Source: Sedimentisphaerales bacterium
Lineage (GTDB): Bacteria; Planctomycetota; Phycisphaerae; Sedimentisphaerales; Anaerobacaceae
Direction of reading: 5' to 3'
Length of the DNA stretch: 64,000 nt
NCBI GenBank assembly: GCA_963708075.1
Contig: OY970194.1
Coordinates: 736,001 to 800,000, forward strand
The translations under genes and the position numbers were made by a program. The notes under the pieces are model-generated. The model did not search any database. It was not told the origin of the DNA and saw only the letters and a program-made list of their open reading frames with translations. Shown one piece after another: positions 29,469-38,814 of this stretch. Within the stretch, counting starts at the first letter, position 1. Each line of letters begins with the position of its first letter.

Positions 29469-30806
29469 ATGGCTTTGACAGGTTTGGATATCTTCAAGTT
29501 ACTGCCGAAGACGAACTGCAAGAAGTGCGGCATGCCCACGTGCCTGGCGTTTGCCATGCAGCTTGCCCAGAAACGCGCCAAGCTGGACGCCTGTCCGGAG
29601 GTCTCCGAGGAGGCGAAGCAGAAGCTGGCAGCGGCGGCGGCGCCTCCCATGCGCAGGGTCGCGTTCGGCGCCGGCGACGCACAAGTCGCGGTCGGGCAGG
29701 AAACCGTGCTGTTCCGGCACGATGAGAAGTTCCACAATTCCACCGTGGTGGCTGTGACGGTCTCGGACAAGCTGTCCGGGCAGGCACTGCAGGAACGCAT
29801 CCGGGCGGTCAACGCGCTTCAGTTCGAGCGGGTCGGGACGCACATTGGGATCAGGGCCGTCGCGGTCGTGAATGAAAGTGGGTCGGCGGATACTTTTGCC
29901 CAGGTCTGTTCGACTGTGAAGGAGACGACCAAACTGGCCATGATTCTTGTGACGGACTCGCCAACGGCCATGGGGGCGGCCGTGCAGCGCGTGGGGCAAT
30001 CCATGCCGTTGCTTGCCGGAGCCACCGGGAAGACGGTCGAGGGCATGGCCAAGATTGCGAAGGGGGCGGGCTGTCCCCTTGTGGCCAGGGCCGGATCGAT
30101 TGAGGAACTCGCCGATCTCAGCGAGAAGATAAAGGCCGCAGGGGTTGAGGACATCGTGCTGATGCTCGATGCCCTCACGCTGGCCGATCAATTCTATGGC
30201 CTTTCCCGCGTGCGGGTGTTGTCACTGAAGAAGGTCTTCCGGCCGCTCGGTTATCCGGTGGTGTCCTTCGTCAGCGGGGGCGATGCGAGCCGGCAGGGCG
30301 CGATTGCCATCAGCCTGGCGTGCAAGTACTCGAGCATCGTGGTCCTCGACACGGTCGAGCCTTCGGTGTTCCTGCCTCTGCTGACGGCCGTGGCGAATAT
30401 CTACAGCGATCCGCAAAAACCGGTGCAGGTGGAACCGAAGGTCTATGCCGTCGGCGAGCCGAACGAGAATTCCCCGTTGATGTTCACAACGAACTTCTCG
30501 CTGACGTATTACAGTCTGGAATCCGACGTGGAGGCCAGCCGGGTCCCCAGCTACATTCTCGTGGTCGATACGGAAGGCACCAGCGTCTTGACGGCCTACT
30601 CCGGCGACAAGCTCAATGAGAAGGTCGTCGCCCAGGCCATGCTCAAGCACGATGTCGCAAAACTGGTCAAGCATCGTAAGCTTATCATCCCGGGCTACGT
30701 GGCTGTCATGAGCGGCAAGCTCGAAGAGGCCACCAACTGGGAAGTGATGGTTGGGCCCCGGGAGTGCTCCATGCTGCCCAAGTTTCTCCAGGACGTTTGG
30801 AAGTAG
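29469..30806 (+). CDS. acsC: Corrinoid iron-sulfur protein large subunit
   Basis: LPKTNCKKCGMPTCLAFA...CP, ETVLFRH, NIYSDPQKP, TTNFSLTY, SVLTA, VGPRE. Confidence 0.97.
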   Translation: MALTGLDIFKLLPKTNCKKCGMPTCLAFAMQLAQKRAKLDACPEVSEEAKQKLAAAAAPPMRRVAFGAGDAQVAVGQETVLFRHDEKFHNSTVVAVTVSDKLSGQALQERIRAVNALQFERVGTHIGIRAVAVVNESGSADTFAQVCSTVKETTKLAMILVTDSPTAMGAAVQRVGQSMPLLAGATGKTVEGMAKIAKGAGCPLVARAGSIEELADLSEKIKAAGVEDIVLMLDALTLADQFYGLSRVRVLSLKKVFRPLGYPVVSFVSGGDASRQGAIAISLACKYSSIVVLDTVEPSVFLPLLTAVANIYSDPQKPVQVEPKVYAVGEPNENSPLMFTTNFSLTYYSLESDVEASRVPSYILVVDTEGTSVLTAYSGDKLNEKVVAQAMLKHDVAKLVKHRKLIIPGYVAVMSGKLEEATNWEVMVGPRECSMLPKFLQDVWK

Positions 30807-30811
30807 TGAGC

Positions 30812-30908
30812 TTCAAAGTTTGATGTATGAAGTTTGATTGTTGATTTGAAGAGACCGATAGGCAACTCTCCTCAAATCATAAATCAAAAATCGTAAATCA
30901 TAAATCGA
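30812..30908. repeat. Heptamer-built hairpin element between acsC and acsV
   Basis: Left arm TTTGATG TATGAAG TTTGATT GTTGATT TGAAGAG; right arm 5 x AAATCNN. 30833-30853 pairs with 30868-30888 at 18/21. Confidence 0.85.
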
Positions 30909-30914
30909 GAGCCG

Positions 30915-32870
30915 ATGGAAGACGGCAAGAAGAAAAAGTGTAAGGTCCATTTCGGCCCCAGCGGCTTGAAGGTCGAGGTCGAAAAGGGGACGGTTCTGCT
31001 CGATGCGGCCCACAAGGTCGGACTGTACGTGAACAGTGTCTGCGGCGGCGACGGCTACTGCGGCAAGTGCAAAGTCACCATCGACGAAGGTCAGTTCCAG
31101 TCCAAGCCGACGGGCCTGCTCACGGCCGATGAGATCCGCGACAACGTGGTGCTGGCCTGCCAGACCCGGGTCCTGTCCGATATCACGGTCACGGTCCCGA
31201 ACTCCAACTCGCTGGATACGGGCCGAATACTCATCGATAGCGACGCTCATCGATTCAGCGACATGAGCGGCGACGGGCATCTGACCACATTCGAATTCGA
31301 TCCGCTTGTGCGCAAGCTGTGCGTCGAGATGACGCCGCCGAGCATCCAGGATCATACGGCCGATCACGAGCGTCTGTACGCGGCCATCCGCGAGCAGATC
31401 GATGCGCCGATCATGCAGACCGGCTATCGGATTCTTCAAAAGTTGCCTGGCATTCTCTTTCATTCCGGGTACAGGGCCACCGTCACGGTCGGGCGCCGTG
31501 GCAGCACCACCGAAGTCATTGAGGTGGACCCGGGCGATCACAGCAGGAGAAATTTCGCTGTGGCTGTTGACCTTGGCACCACGACCGTGGTGGCCCACCT
31601 GGTAGACCTGAGCACCGCCACGACCCTCGACACGGAGGCGACCTACAACAGCCAGTTGAACTTCGGCGAGGATTACATCCGGCGGATCATCTATGCGGAA
31701 CAGAATGACGCCTTTGACGAGATGCAGAACCGCATCGTGAGGGACGTGAACAGCCTGATCATGGCACTGGCCATGAGGCAAAGGGTCGATCTGCAGGAAA
31801 TTACGACGGTTGTCTGCGCCGGCAACACAGCGATGATCCATTTCCTGCTGAATCTCGACGCTCGTCGCATCCGGCGGGAGCCGTACGTGGCGACGGCCAA
31901 TTTTGTGCCGCCGATCCGGGCCGCCGAAATTGGCATCCAGATCAGCAAACGGGGCCTGCTCTATTGCCTGCCCAGCGTGGCCGCCTATGTGGGCAGCGAC
32001 ATCGTCGGGGGCGTGCTGGCGACGGGGATGTTCGCCAAGTCCGGCATATGCCTGCTGGCCGATATCGGCACCAACGGCGAGATCGTTCTGGGCAACCGAG
32101 AGTGGCTTGTATGTGCATCGAGCTCCGCCGGTCCGGCCTTCGAGGGCAGCGGCGTTCGGCACGGCATGAGGGCGGGGGCGGGAGCTATCGAGAAACTCAC
32201 GTACCGCGGACCCGGTCGCATTGACTATCAGACGATTGGAGAGGGGCCGCCGGCGGGCATCTGCGGCTCGGGCCTGCTGGACCTTCTGGCGGAGTTGCAT
32301 GGCCACGGCGTGATCGACCGGATGGGACGGTTCGTGGAGAACCACGACCCGAGCCTGACGCACGGCGATGACGGACGGCAGTATCGACTGGTGCCCTCGG
32401 AGAACGGCCGACAGGAGATCGTGATCACCCAGGCGGATATCGACAACCTTCTGCGCTCCAAGGCAGGCGTCTTCGCGGCCATACGGGTGCTCATGGAGGC
32501 CACGCAGACGAGACTGGGGGACTTGGATACGGTTTTCCTGGCGGGCGGCTTTGGCAATTTTCTCAACGTCCAGCATGCGGTGGCCATCGGAATGCTGCCG
32601 GACGTGCCCATAGAGAGGATTCGATTCGTGGGCAATACCTCTATTGCCGGGGCTAAGATGGCGTTGCTGAGCCGCGAGGCTTTCCAGCGGGCGGAGGACA
32701 TCGCCGCAAGCATGACCTATTTCGATCTGATGAGCCATACCGGCTACATGGAAGAGTTCATCCGGGCCAAGTTCCTGCCTCACACGGACCTGTCGCTATT
32801 CCCGACCGTCCACGGCAAAGAGCGTGAGCCCGAAACTGGAGAAACGGGCCCTATAGGTCCTACGAGTTAA
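30915..32870 (+). CDS. acsV: Reductive activator of corrinoid protein (RACo, ASKHA ATPase with [2Fe-2S])
   Basis: CGGDGYCGKC...LACQ, AVDLGTTT, AGNTAM, DIGTNGE, AGPAFEG, GICGSG, LAGGFG. Confidence 0.93.
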   Translation: MEDGKKKKCKVHFGPSGLKVEVEKGTVLLDAAHKVGLYVNSVCGGDGYCGKCKVTIDEGQFQSKPTGLLTADEIRDNVVLACQTRVLSDITVTVPNSNSLDTGRILIDSDAHRFSDMSGDGHLTTFEFDPLVRKLCVEMTPPSIQDHTADHERLYAAIREQIDAPIMQTGYRILQKLPGILFHSGYRATVTVGRRGSTTEVIEVDPGDHSRRNFAVAVDLGTTTVVAHLVDLSTATTLDTEATYNSQLNFGEDYIRRIIYAEQNDAFDEMQNRIVRDVNSLIMALAMRQRVDLQEITTVVCAGNTAMIHFLLNLDARRIRREPYVATANFVPPIRAAEIGIQISKRGLLYCLPSVAAYVGSDIVGGVLATGMFAKSGICLLADIGTNGEIVLGNREWLVCASSSAGPAFEGSGVRHGMRAGAGAIEKLTYRGPGRIDYQTIGEGPPAGICGSGLLDLLAELHGHGVIDRMGRFVENHDPSLTHGDDGRQYRLVPSENGRQEIVITQADIDNLLRSKAGVFAAIRVLMEATQTRLGDLDTVFLAGGFGNFLNVQHAVAIGMLPDVPIERIRFVGNTSIAGAKMALLSREAFQRAEDIAASMTYFDLMSHTGYMEEFIRAKFLPHTDLSLFPTVHGKEREPETGETGPIGPTS

Positions 32871-32896
32871 GACCTCAAGCACAGGATTATGTGATT

Positions 32897-33661
32897 ATGG
32901 CTATAACGATTGCAGTCAGTGGAAAAGGGGGCTCGGGCAAAACGACGATTGCCTCCATGCTGGTCAGGGTGCTCCTGGAACGCAATGAGCGAGCATCGAT
33001 CCTCTGTGTCGACGCGGACCCCAACTCCTGCCTGGGAATGGCGCTCGGCGTGCAGCCGGGCGTGGCGGTGGCGGACATTCGCGAGCAGGCTCGCACCAAG
33101 CCGGCAAACTCGGGGGGCATGGACCGCGTGCGAACGTTCGAATACGGCCTGCAGCAGGCCATTGTTGAAGCCGGCAAGTTCGACCTGGTGACAATGGGCC
33201 GGCCGGAAGGGCCCTCATGCTACTGTGCCATCAACAGTCTGCTGCGGCGCATTCTCGATGAGCTGAGCTCAAAATACCAGTACGTGGTGATCGACAACGA
33301 AGCCGGCATGGAGCATTTGTCCCGGCGGACAACGAACCACGTGGACCTGCTGTGCATCGTGGCCGAACCGACGCCCGTCGGCTCGCTAACCGCGCGGCGG
33401 ATCTTTGATCTTACCAAGCAACTGCCGATCGTTGTCAGGCGGACCGGCGTCCTGTGGAACAAGGACGGAGGCGAGCATTCCTCGCAGGAGGGGCTGGCGG
33501 ACGTGGAGGTGCTGGCCTGCGTGCCCGAAGACGCCCTCGTGCTGGAAGCATCTAAACGCGGCGAGAACGTGTTCACCATCCCGGGCGAGAGCCCTGCCTT
33601 TCAAGCCGTGCGGACGATGGTGGAGTCCCTTTTCGCCACGCCCTTTGTCAAACAGAGATGA
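32897..33661 (+). CDS. acsF: CooC2/AcsF nickel-insertion ATPase
   Basis: GKGGSGKTT, VDADPN, MGRPEGPSCYC, DNEAGMEHLSR. Confidence 0.9.
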   Translation: MAITIAVSGKGGSGKTTIASMLVRVLLERNERASILCVDADPNSCLGMALGVQPGVAVADIREQARTKPANSGGMDRVRTFEYGLQQAIVEAGKFDLVTMGRPEGPSCYCAINSLLRRILDELSSKYQYVVIDNEAGMEHLSRRTTNHVDLLCIVAEPTPVGSLTARRIFDLTKQLPIVVRRTGVLWNKDGGEHSSQEGLADVEVLACVPEDALVLEASKRGENVFTIPGESPAFQAVRTMVESLFATPFVKQR

Positions 33662-33695
33662 AGCATGAAACCCAGGAAGTTTTGGAGGATTCATA

Positions 33696-34634
33696 ATGCC
33701 TGTTCCTGAGATTGTGGAAGGTTTTGCAGGTTGTGTGAATCGCATCACGCTCGGCGCGAGCCCGAGACGCACAGTGACCGTAGGCGGCGCTCGCAATGTT
33801 GTCTACGGAGGTTCTGCGTCGGATGGCGGGCAGCGACCGCTGATCGCGATGGATGTGCTCGATGTCCGGCCGGACGACTGGCCCGATGTCCTGCTTGAAC
33901 CCTTTGCGTCCGTGGCGGACAGCCCCGGCGACTGGGCGAAACAGTGCATGCAGGAGTTTGGAGCGGATCTGGTCTGCCTCAAGTTCGAGGGCATCCACCC
34001 CGACAAAGGGAACCAGGATGCAGCTCACGCCGTCAAAGTCACGCAGGCGGTGCTCAAAGCCGTGGACGTTCCCCTGGTACTGTGGGGCTGCGGCAACGAT
34101 GAGAAAGATAATGAGGTCATGCCCAAGGTCAGTGGGGCGGCGAAAGGCCAGAAATGCCTGATCGGCACGGCGACGGAGGACAACTACAAGTCGCTCACGG
34201 CTATCGCCATGGCCGACGACCATTGCCTCATCACGGAAGCACCGCTGGACATCAATATCGCCAAGCAGGTGAATATCCTTGTGTCCGACATGGGATTCCC
34301 GCTGGAGAGGATCGTGACATTCCAATCCACGGGCGCCCTGGGTTATGGCATCGAGTACGCCTATTCGATTCAGGAACGCCAGCGATTGGCGGCGCTCGGG
34401 GGCGACAAAATGATGGCCATGCCGGCCATTTGCGATGTCGGCTACGAGTCGTGGCGATGCAAAGAGGCCAAGCTGGCCGATGCCCCGGGCTGGGGCGACA
34501 CGAAGGACCGGGGGCCGATGTGGGAGGCCGCGACCGCGATCTGCCTGCTTCAGGCGGGAGTGGACATCATCCGCATGAGGCATCCCAAGGCGGTAGCGAC
34601 GGTCAGGAACTTCATTGACGGTATCTGGAACTAA
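33696..34634 (+). CDS. acsD: Corrinoid iron-sulfur protein small subunit
   Basis: DINIAKQVN, ALGYGIEYAYSIQERQRLAALGGDKM, WEAATA, MRHP. Confidence 0.96.
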   Translation: MPVPEIVEGFAGCVNRITLGASPRRTVTVGGARNVVYGGSASDGGQRPLIAMDVLDVRPDDWPDVLLEPFASVADSPGDWAKQCMQEFGADLVCLKFEGIHPDKGNQDAAHAVKVTQAVLKAVDVPLVLWGCGNDEKDNEVMPKVSGAAKGQKCLIGTATEDNYKSLTAIAMADDHCLITEAPLDINIAKQVNILVSDMGFPLERIVTFQSTGALGYGIEYAYSIQERQRLAALGGDKMMAMPAICDVGYESWRCKEAKLADAPGWGDTKDRGPMWEAATAICLLQAGVDIIRMRHPKAVATVRNFIDGIWN

Positions 34635-34727
34635 GAAGTGAGAAGTGTGAAGTTTGATTGTTGATTTGAAGAGGCGGGACCGTGCGATCCTCAAATCACA
34701 AATCGAAAATCGTCAATCAAAAATCAC
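34635..34727. repeat. Heptamer-built hairpin element between acsD and acsE
   Basis: 34648-34673 is identical over 26 nt to 30828-30853 (TGAAGTTTGATTGTTGATTTGAAGAG). It has a different 14-nt loop, then TCCTCAAATCA and further AAATCNN units. Confidence 0.85.
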
Positions 34728-34742
34728 TCAAGGGGCTTTATC

Positions 34743-35561
34743 ATGATTTTAATCGGTGAGCGTATCAATGGCATGTTCAACGATGTGAAGCGGGCGATTG
34801 CCGAGAAGGACAAGAAGGTCATCCAGGACCTCGCAATTCGCCAGACGGCAGCGGGAGCTGCTTATCTCGATGTCAACGTCGGCACTGCGGCAGCAGATCA
34901 GGAAGGGACCATCCAGTGGCTCATCGAGAGCATTCAGGAGGTCTGCTCGACTCCACTGAGCCTGGATTCCCAGAAGCCGGCCGTCATCGCGGCGGGGCTT
35001 AAGGTCATCAACACGACGAACGGCGTCATTCTCAATTCCACCCCCTTGAACAAGAAAAGCGACGCAGAGGTCTTTGACAAGTACGTGGCGATGGCCCAAT
35101 CCGCCGGGCTGAAAGCGAATATCATCGCCTTGACGATGGACAAGAACGGAGTGCCGCAGAATATCGATACGCGAGTCGAAATCGCGGCGCAGATCATCTC
35201 GCGGGCCGCGGAACTTGGCTTTGATACGCATCGATTGTTCATCGACACTATCGTTCTGCCGGTGAAAGTGCCCAATGCGCAGGTGCAGCCGAGCAATATG
35301 CTGGCGGCGATAGATCAGATCAAATTCCTGTCGGACCCTGCCCCTCATATGACGATAGGCCTGTCGAACTTGTCGCAAGGCGCCGCGGAAAGACCTCTGA
35401 TTAACCGGGTATTCCTGATCATGGCGATCTCGCACGGGCTGGATTCGGCCATCGTGGACGTGTGCGACCAGGAACTGATGAACGGGGTCGCGACGGCCGA
35501 GATGCTCATGAACAAGCAGATTTATTCGGATAGTTTCCTGAAAGTCTACGCGGCATCCTGA
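34743..35561 (+). CDS. acsE: Methyl-THF:corrinoid Fe-S protein methyltransferase
   Basis: MILIGERINGMF, YLDVNVG, LDS, ILNS, FID, GLSNLSQG, GLDSAI, YSDSFL. Confidence 0.95.
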   Translation: MILIGERINGMFNDVKRAIAEKDKKVIQDLAIRQTAAGAAYLDVNVGTAAADQEGTIQWLIESIQEVCSTPLSLDSQKPAVIAAGLKVINTTNGVILNSTPLNKKSDAEVFDKYVAMAQSAGLKANIIALTMDKNGVPQNIDTRVEIAAQIISRAAELGFDTHRLFIDTIVLPVKVPNAQVQPSNMLAAIDQIKFLSDPAPHMTIGLSNLSQGAAERPLINRVFLIMAISHGLDSAIVDVCDQELMNGVATAEMLMNKQIYSDSFLKVYAAS

Positions 35562-35672
35562 GTAGCCCCATAGGAAATGGTATAATAGGGCAGAATAAGA
35601 ATCGCGTAGTCCGTATTTTGCGGTGGGGAGTGGGCGCATGCAATTGTCTGATGCATAGGGTACCGACTCACC

Positions 35673-36290
35673 ATGAAGGATAGTCCAGTAGCACGCATCT
35701 TTGTTGTGGATGACGATGAGTGCATCCGGGCGGCGGTCTGCGCCATATTGAAGCGAGCGAAATACGACTGTGTCTGTTTCCCCGATGTCGCGAGTTGCCT
35801 TGACGAGCTCAAGGCCCAGAACCGCGATCTTGCCGAAGGTTGCGATGTGCTGATCACAGATGTGAAGATGCCGGGGAAAAACGGGATGGATCTCCTGCAG
35901 GAGGTCCGGACAATCTTCCCCTGGATCCCGGTGATCATGATGACCGGTTACGGCAGTATCCCAATGTCCGTGCAGGCGGTCAAGACCGGGGCCTTCGACT
36001 TCATCGAGAAGCCGGTGGATGAGGCCAGGCTTTTGAGCCTCGTGGAATCGGCCCTTCTGAAGGAAGCCGAGTTGCACGACCCGCTCGTCGGCAAGCCGCT
36101 CACAAGGACCGAGCGGATCGTCCTGTGCCTGATCCTCGAAGGCATCAGCAACAAGCGAATCGCGTACATCCTGGAGCGTTCCGAGCGAACGATCGAGGTC
36201 CATCGCAGCCGCATCATGCGCAAACTCGGCGTCGATAACCTCGTGGACCTGGTCAAAAAGTCCACGGCGATGGGTTGGACGGAGTGCTGA
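35673..36290 (+). CDS. FixJ/NarL-type response regulator (REC + LuxR HTH)
   Basis: VVDDD, ITDVKMPG, GAFDFIEKP, LTRTE...GISNKRIA...RTIEVHRSRIMRKLG. An extended -10 (TGGTATAAT) lies at 35578-35586. Confidence 0.93.
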   Translation: MKDSPVARIFVVDDDECIRAAVCAILKRAKYDCVCFPDVASCLDELKAQNRDLAEGCDVLITDVKMPGKNGMDLLQEVRTIFPWIPVIMMTGYGSIPMSVQAVKTGAFDFIEKPVDEARLLSLVESALLKEAELHDPLVGKPLTRTERIVLCLILEGISNKRIAYILERSERTIEVHRSRIMRKLGVDNLVDLVKKSTAMGWTEC

Positions 36291-36331
36291 GACCCGTCTT
36301 TCCTGAATACCCGTCTCGATGGCGCGAAAGG

Positions 36332-36353
36332 ATGTACGTAGTTTCCACAATGA
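36332..36353 (+). promoter_or_regulatory. Repeated operator copy (distal, upstream of fhs)
   Basis: ATGTACGTAGTTTCCACAATGA. Confidence 0.7.
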
Positions 36354-36631
36354 CTCTCTCGCGTGAAGGCCCGCCGGAATAGCGAAACCGCAGCCCGACC
36401 ATGCCCAGTCACACCACACGTTTAGCGGGACACCGGGTGTCCTGTCCATGTCGTATGCGTGGATGTTTCCACGACTTACAGCCCTGCCTGTACTGTTTCT
36501 GCGGCGATTTCGCTCATCTCAAGGCGAATCTCGCCGGGTGGTGATAGCCACGTGGCTGTGCCACCGGCGAAAGGGCCGAGAGGCAAGGCGAACTGTATCA
36601 GGGGACGGTACAGCCGGCGAAAAAACGGCTT

Positions 36632-36654
36632 TCGTACGTGGTTTCCACAATAGT
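36632..36654 (+). promoter_or_regulatory. Repeated operator copy (proximal, upstream of fhs)
   Basis: TCGTACGTGGTTTCCACAATAGT. Confidence 0.7.
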
Positions 36655-36776
36655 TTCAAGGGCTGCTTTTTCATAAGCTCCGATATGGAGGAGCATTGGA
36701 CAACCTCCGGGGTCCGAACGGGTATTGCGTCCTTTGATGAGAAGGCGTGCATCATAGTGATTGAGGTGACAGGTTT

Positions 36777-38736
36777 ATGAAACACGGTCCGGCAACGTCG
36801 CAAAAGGCAGAGAAGATCAAACAGATACGACTGTCGTGTAAGGGCGGTGTATCCGCCGCGAATTCCCGCGGGGACAACTCTTCGAAGAAACACAGCGGTT
36901 CAAATGGAGGAAATGGCAAGGCAAACTCTGTCCACACCCGCAAGATGACGCGCCTGGACGTCGAGCGCCCGGTTCTGGATCCGGTCACAATGAAAGACTG
37001 GCAGATTGCCGAGGCCGCGGAAGAGTTCATGAAACCCCTCGGACAACTGGCGCAGGAATTAGGCTTGAAGGAGGACGAGCTGATCCCGATGGGTCCACAA
37101 CTGGCCAAAGTGGACTACGGCAAGGCAATCAGCCGCGTCCGTGGGAACCCAACTGCGAAATATATCGACGTTACGGCGATCACACCGACGCCTTTGGGTG
37201 AGGGTAAGACCACGACCGTCATTGGGCTTGTGGAAGGACTTGGGAAATTAGGCATGCGCGTGACGGGCGCCATCCGGCAGCCGAGCGGGGGACCCACGTT
37301 CAACATCAAGGGGTCCGCCGCGGGCGGTGGTCTTGCCCAGTGCATACCGCTCGTGCCGTTTTCCATTCGATTCACCGGCGACATCGATTGCATCACCAAC
37401 GCGCACAACCTTGCCATGGTTGCCCTGACGGCGCGTATGCAGCACGAGAGAAACTACGATGATGCCCAGCTTGCCGAGCGAGGCCTGCGGAGGCTGGATA
37501 TTGACCCTGATCGGATTCAGATACGATGGGTCATGGATTTCTGCGCCCAGTCCTTACGCAATATCACGATCGGCAAAGGCAGCAAGATGGACGGCTTCGA
37601 GATGGAATCGGGGTTTGACATCTCCGTCTCCAGCGAGTTGATGGCCATTCTGGCGGTCGCCAGGGACCTGAAGGACCTGCGCGAGCGGATCGGCAGGATG
37701 GTCGTCGCCTATGACCGCAAGGGCAACGAGGTCACGACCTCGGACCTCGATGTGGCCGGGGCAATGACCGCGTGGATGGTCGGAGCGCTCAATCCGAGCC
37801 TGGTCCAGACCATCGAGGGCCAACCGGTCTTCGTCCATGCCGGCCCGTTTGCCAATATCGCCATCGGGCAAAGTTCTATTGTTGCGGACCTGCTCGCCAC
37901 GAAGCTGTCCGATTACCACGTGACGGAGAGTGGGTTCGGTGCGGATATCGGCTTCGAGAAGTTCTGGAACCTGAAATGCCGCTTTTCAGGTTCTCAGACC
38001 TGATGCAGTCGTTGTCGTGGCCACTATTCGGGCGCTGAAAATGCATGGCGGCGGCCCGGCGGTCAAACCGGGCGTGCCGCTGAGCGTGGAATACACGCGT
38101 GAGAACCTTGAACTGCTGGAAAAAGGCTGCGAGAACCTGGTCGCACACATCAACACCGTCCGCAAGAGCGGCGTGCGTCCGGTCGTCTGTATCAACAGTT
38201 TCCACACGGACACCAGGGCGGAGATCGAGTTGGTCCAGCGGATCGCGGAGCGCAACGGCGCGTTCGCCGCTGTGTCCGACCACTGGCGCCGAGGCGGCGA
38301 AGGAGCGGTGGAGCTTGCCCGGGCCGTCATGGCGGCCTGCAACGAGAAGAACAGCTTCCGATTCCTGTATCAAGAAGATACGCCACTTCGCAAGAGGATC
38401 GAGTTGATTGCAAAGGAAGTGTACGGAGCCGACGCTGTGACGTACAGCCCGGAGGCTGCCCGGAAAGCCGAGATGCTGGAGTCAAGCAATGGCCAGTTGT
38501 CCGGTTTCGGTGTCTGCATGGTCAAGACGCACTTGAGCCTGTCGCACGATCCGAATGTGAAGGGCCGGCCGACGCACTGGGTATTGCCGATTCGGGATTT
38601 CCGCCTCTACAAGGGGGCGGGCCTGGTCGTTCCGATTGCCGGGGATATCAAATTGATGCCCGGTACGGCTTCCGATCCTGCGTTCCGACACATTGATGTC
38701 GACGTCGAAACGGGCAAAGTCAGAGGGTTGTTCTGA
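36777..38736 (+). CDS. fhs: Formate--tetrahydrofolate ligase; apparent frameshift near 37991
   Basis: [49 protein letters not shown]. Deleting one T in GGTTCTC gives [22 protein letters not shown] and joins the 38017-38736 ORF (KTHLSLS, MPG). The start may instead be ATG 36945. Confidence 0.92.
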
Positions 38737-38814
38737 GCTGCGAGTGCTCGGTTGTGGTGGACGGGAGTCTACCCTCCGGGAAGCCGCAAAACCCATAATG
38801 CAAAGCTGCACGAG

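Noticed and set aside
24254..32783. Very long antisense ORFs (24254-26557, 27072-29435, 30813-32783; also 7431-8930, 17401-19335, 34749-36449)
   Set aside because: They mirror well-conserved genes on the opposite strand, lack motifs, and are expected from GC-rich codon bias.
30828..34698. Identical 26-nt repeats with variable inner segments, superficially CRISPR-like
   Set aside because: Copies are 3.8 kb apart with genes between them, the loops are only 14-15 nt, and no cas genes or array are present.
36291..36776. Small ORFs or a riboswitch (e.g. THF, cobalamin) upstream of fhs
   Set aside because: I recognise no riboswitch consensus, and the ORFs lack RBS and motifs; the region is better explained as a promoter with two operator copies.
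37990..38016. TGA in fhs (and TAG at 62039-62041) as recoded Sec/Pyl codons
   Set aside because: The conserved sequence continues in a different frame, so read-through would not restore the protein.
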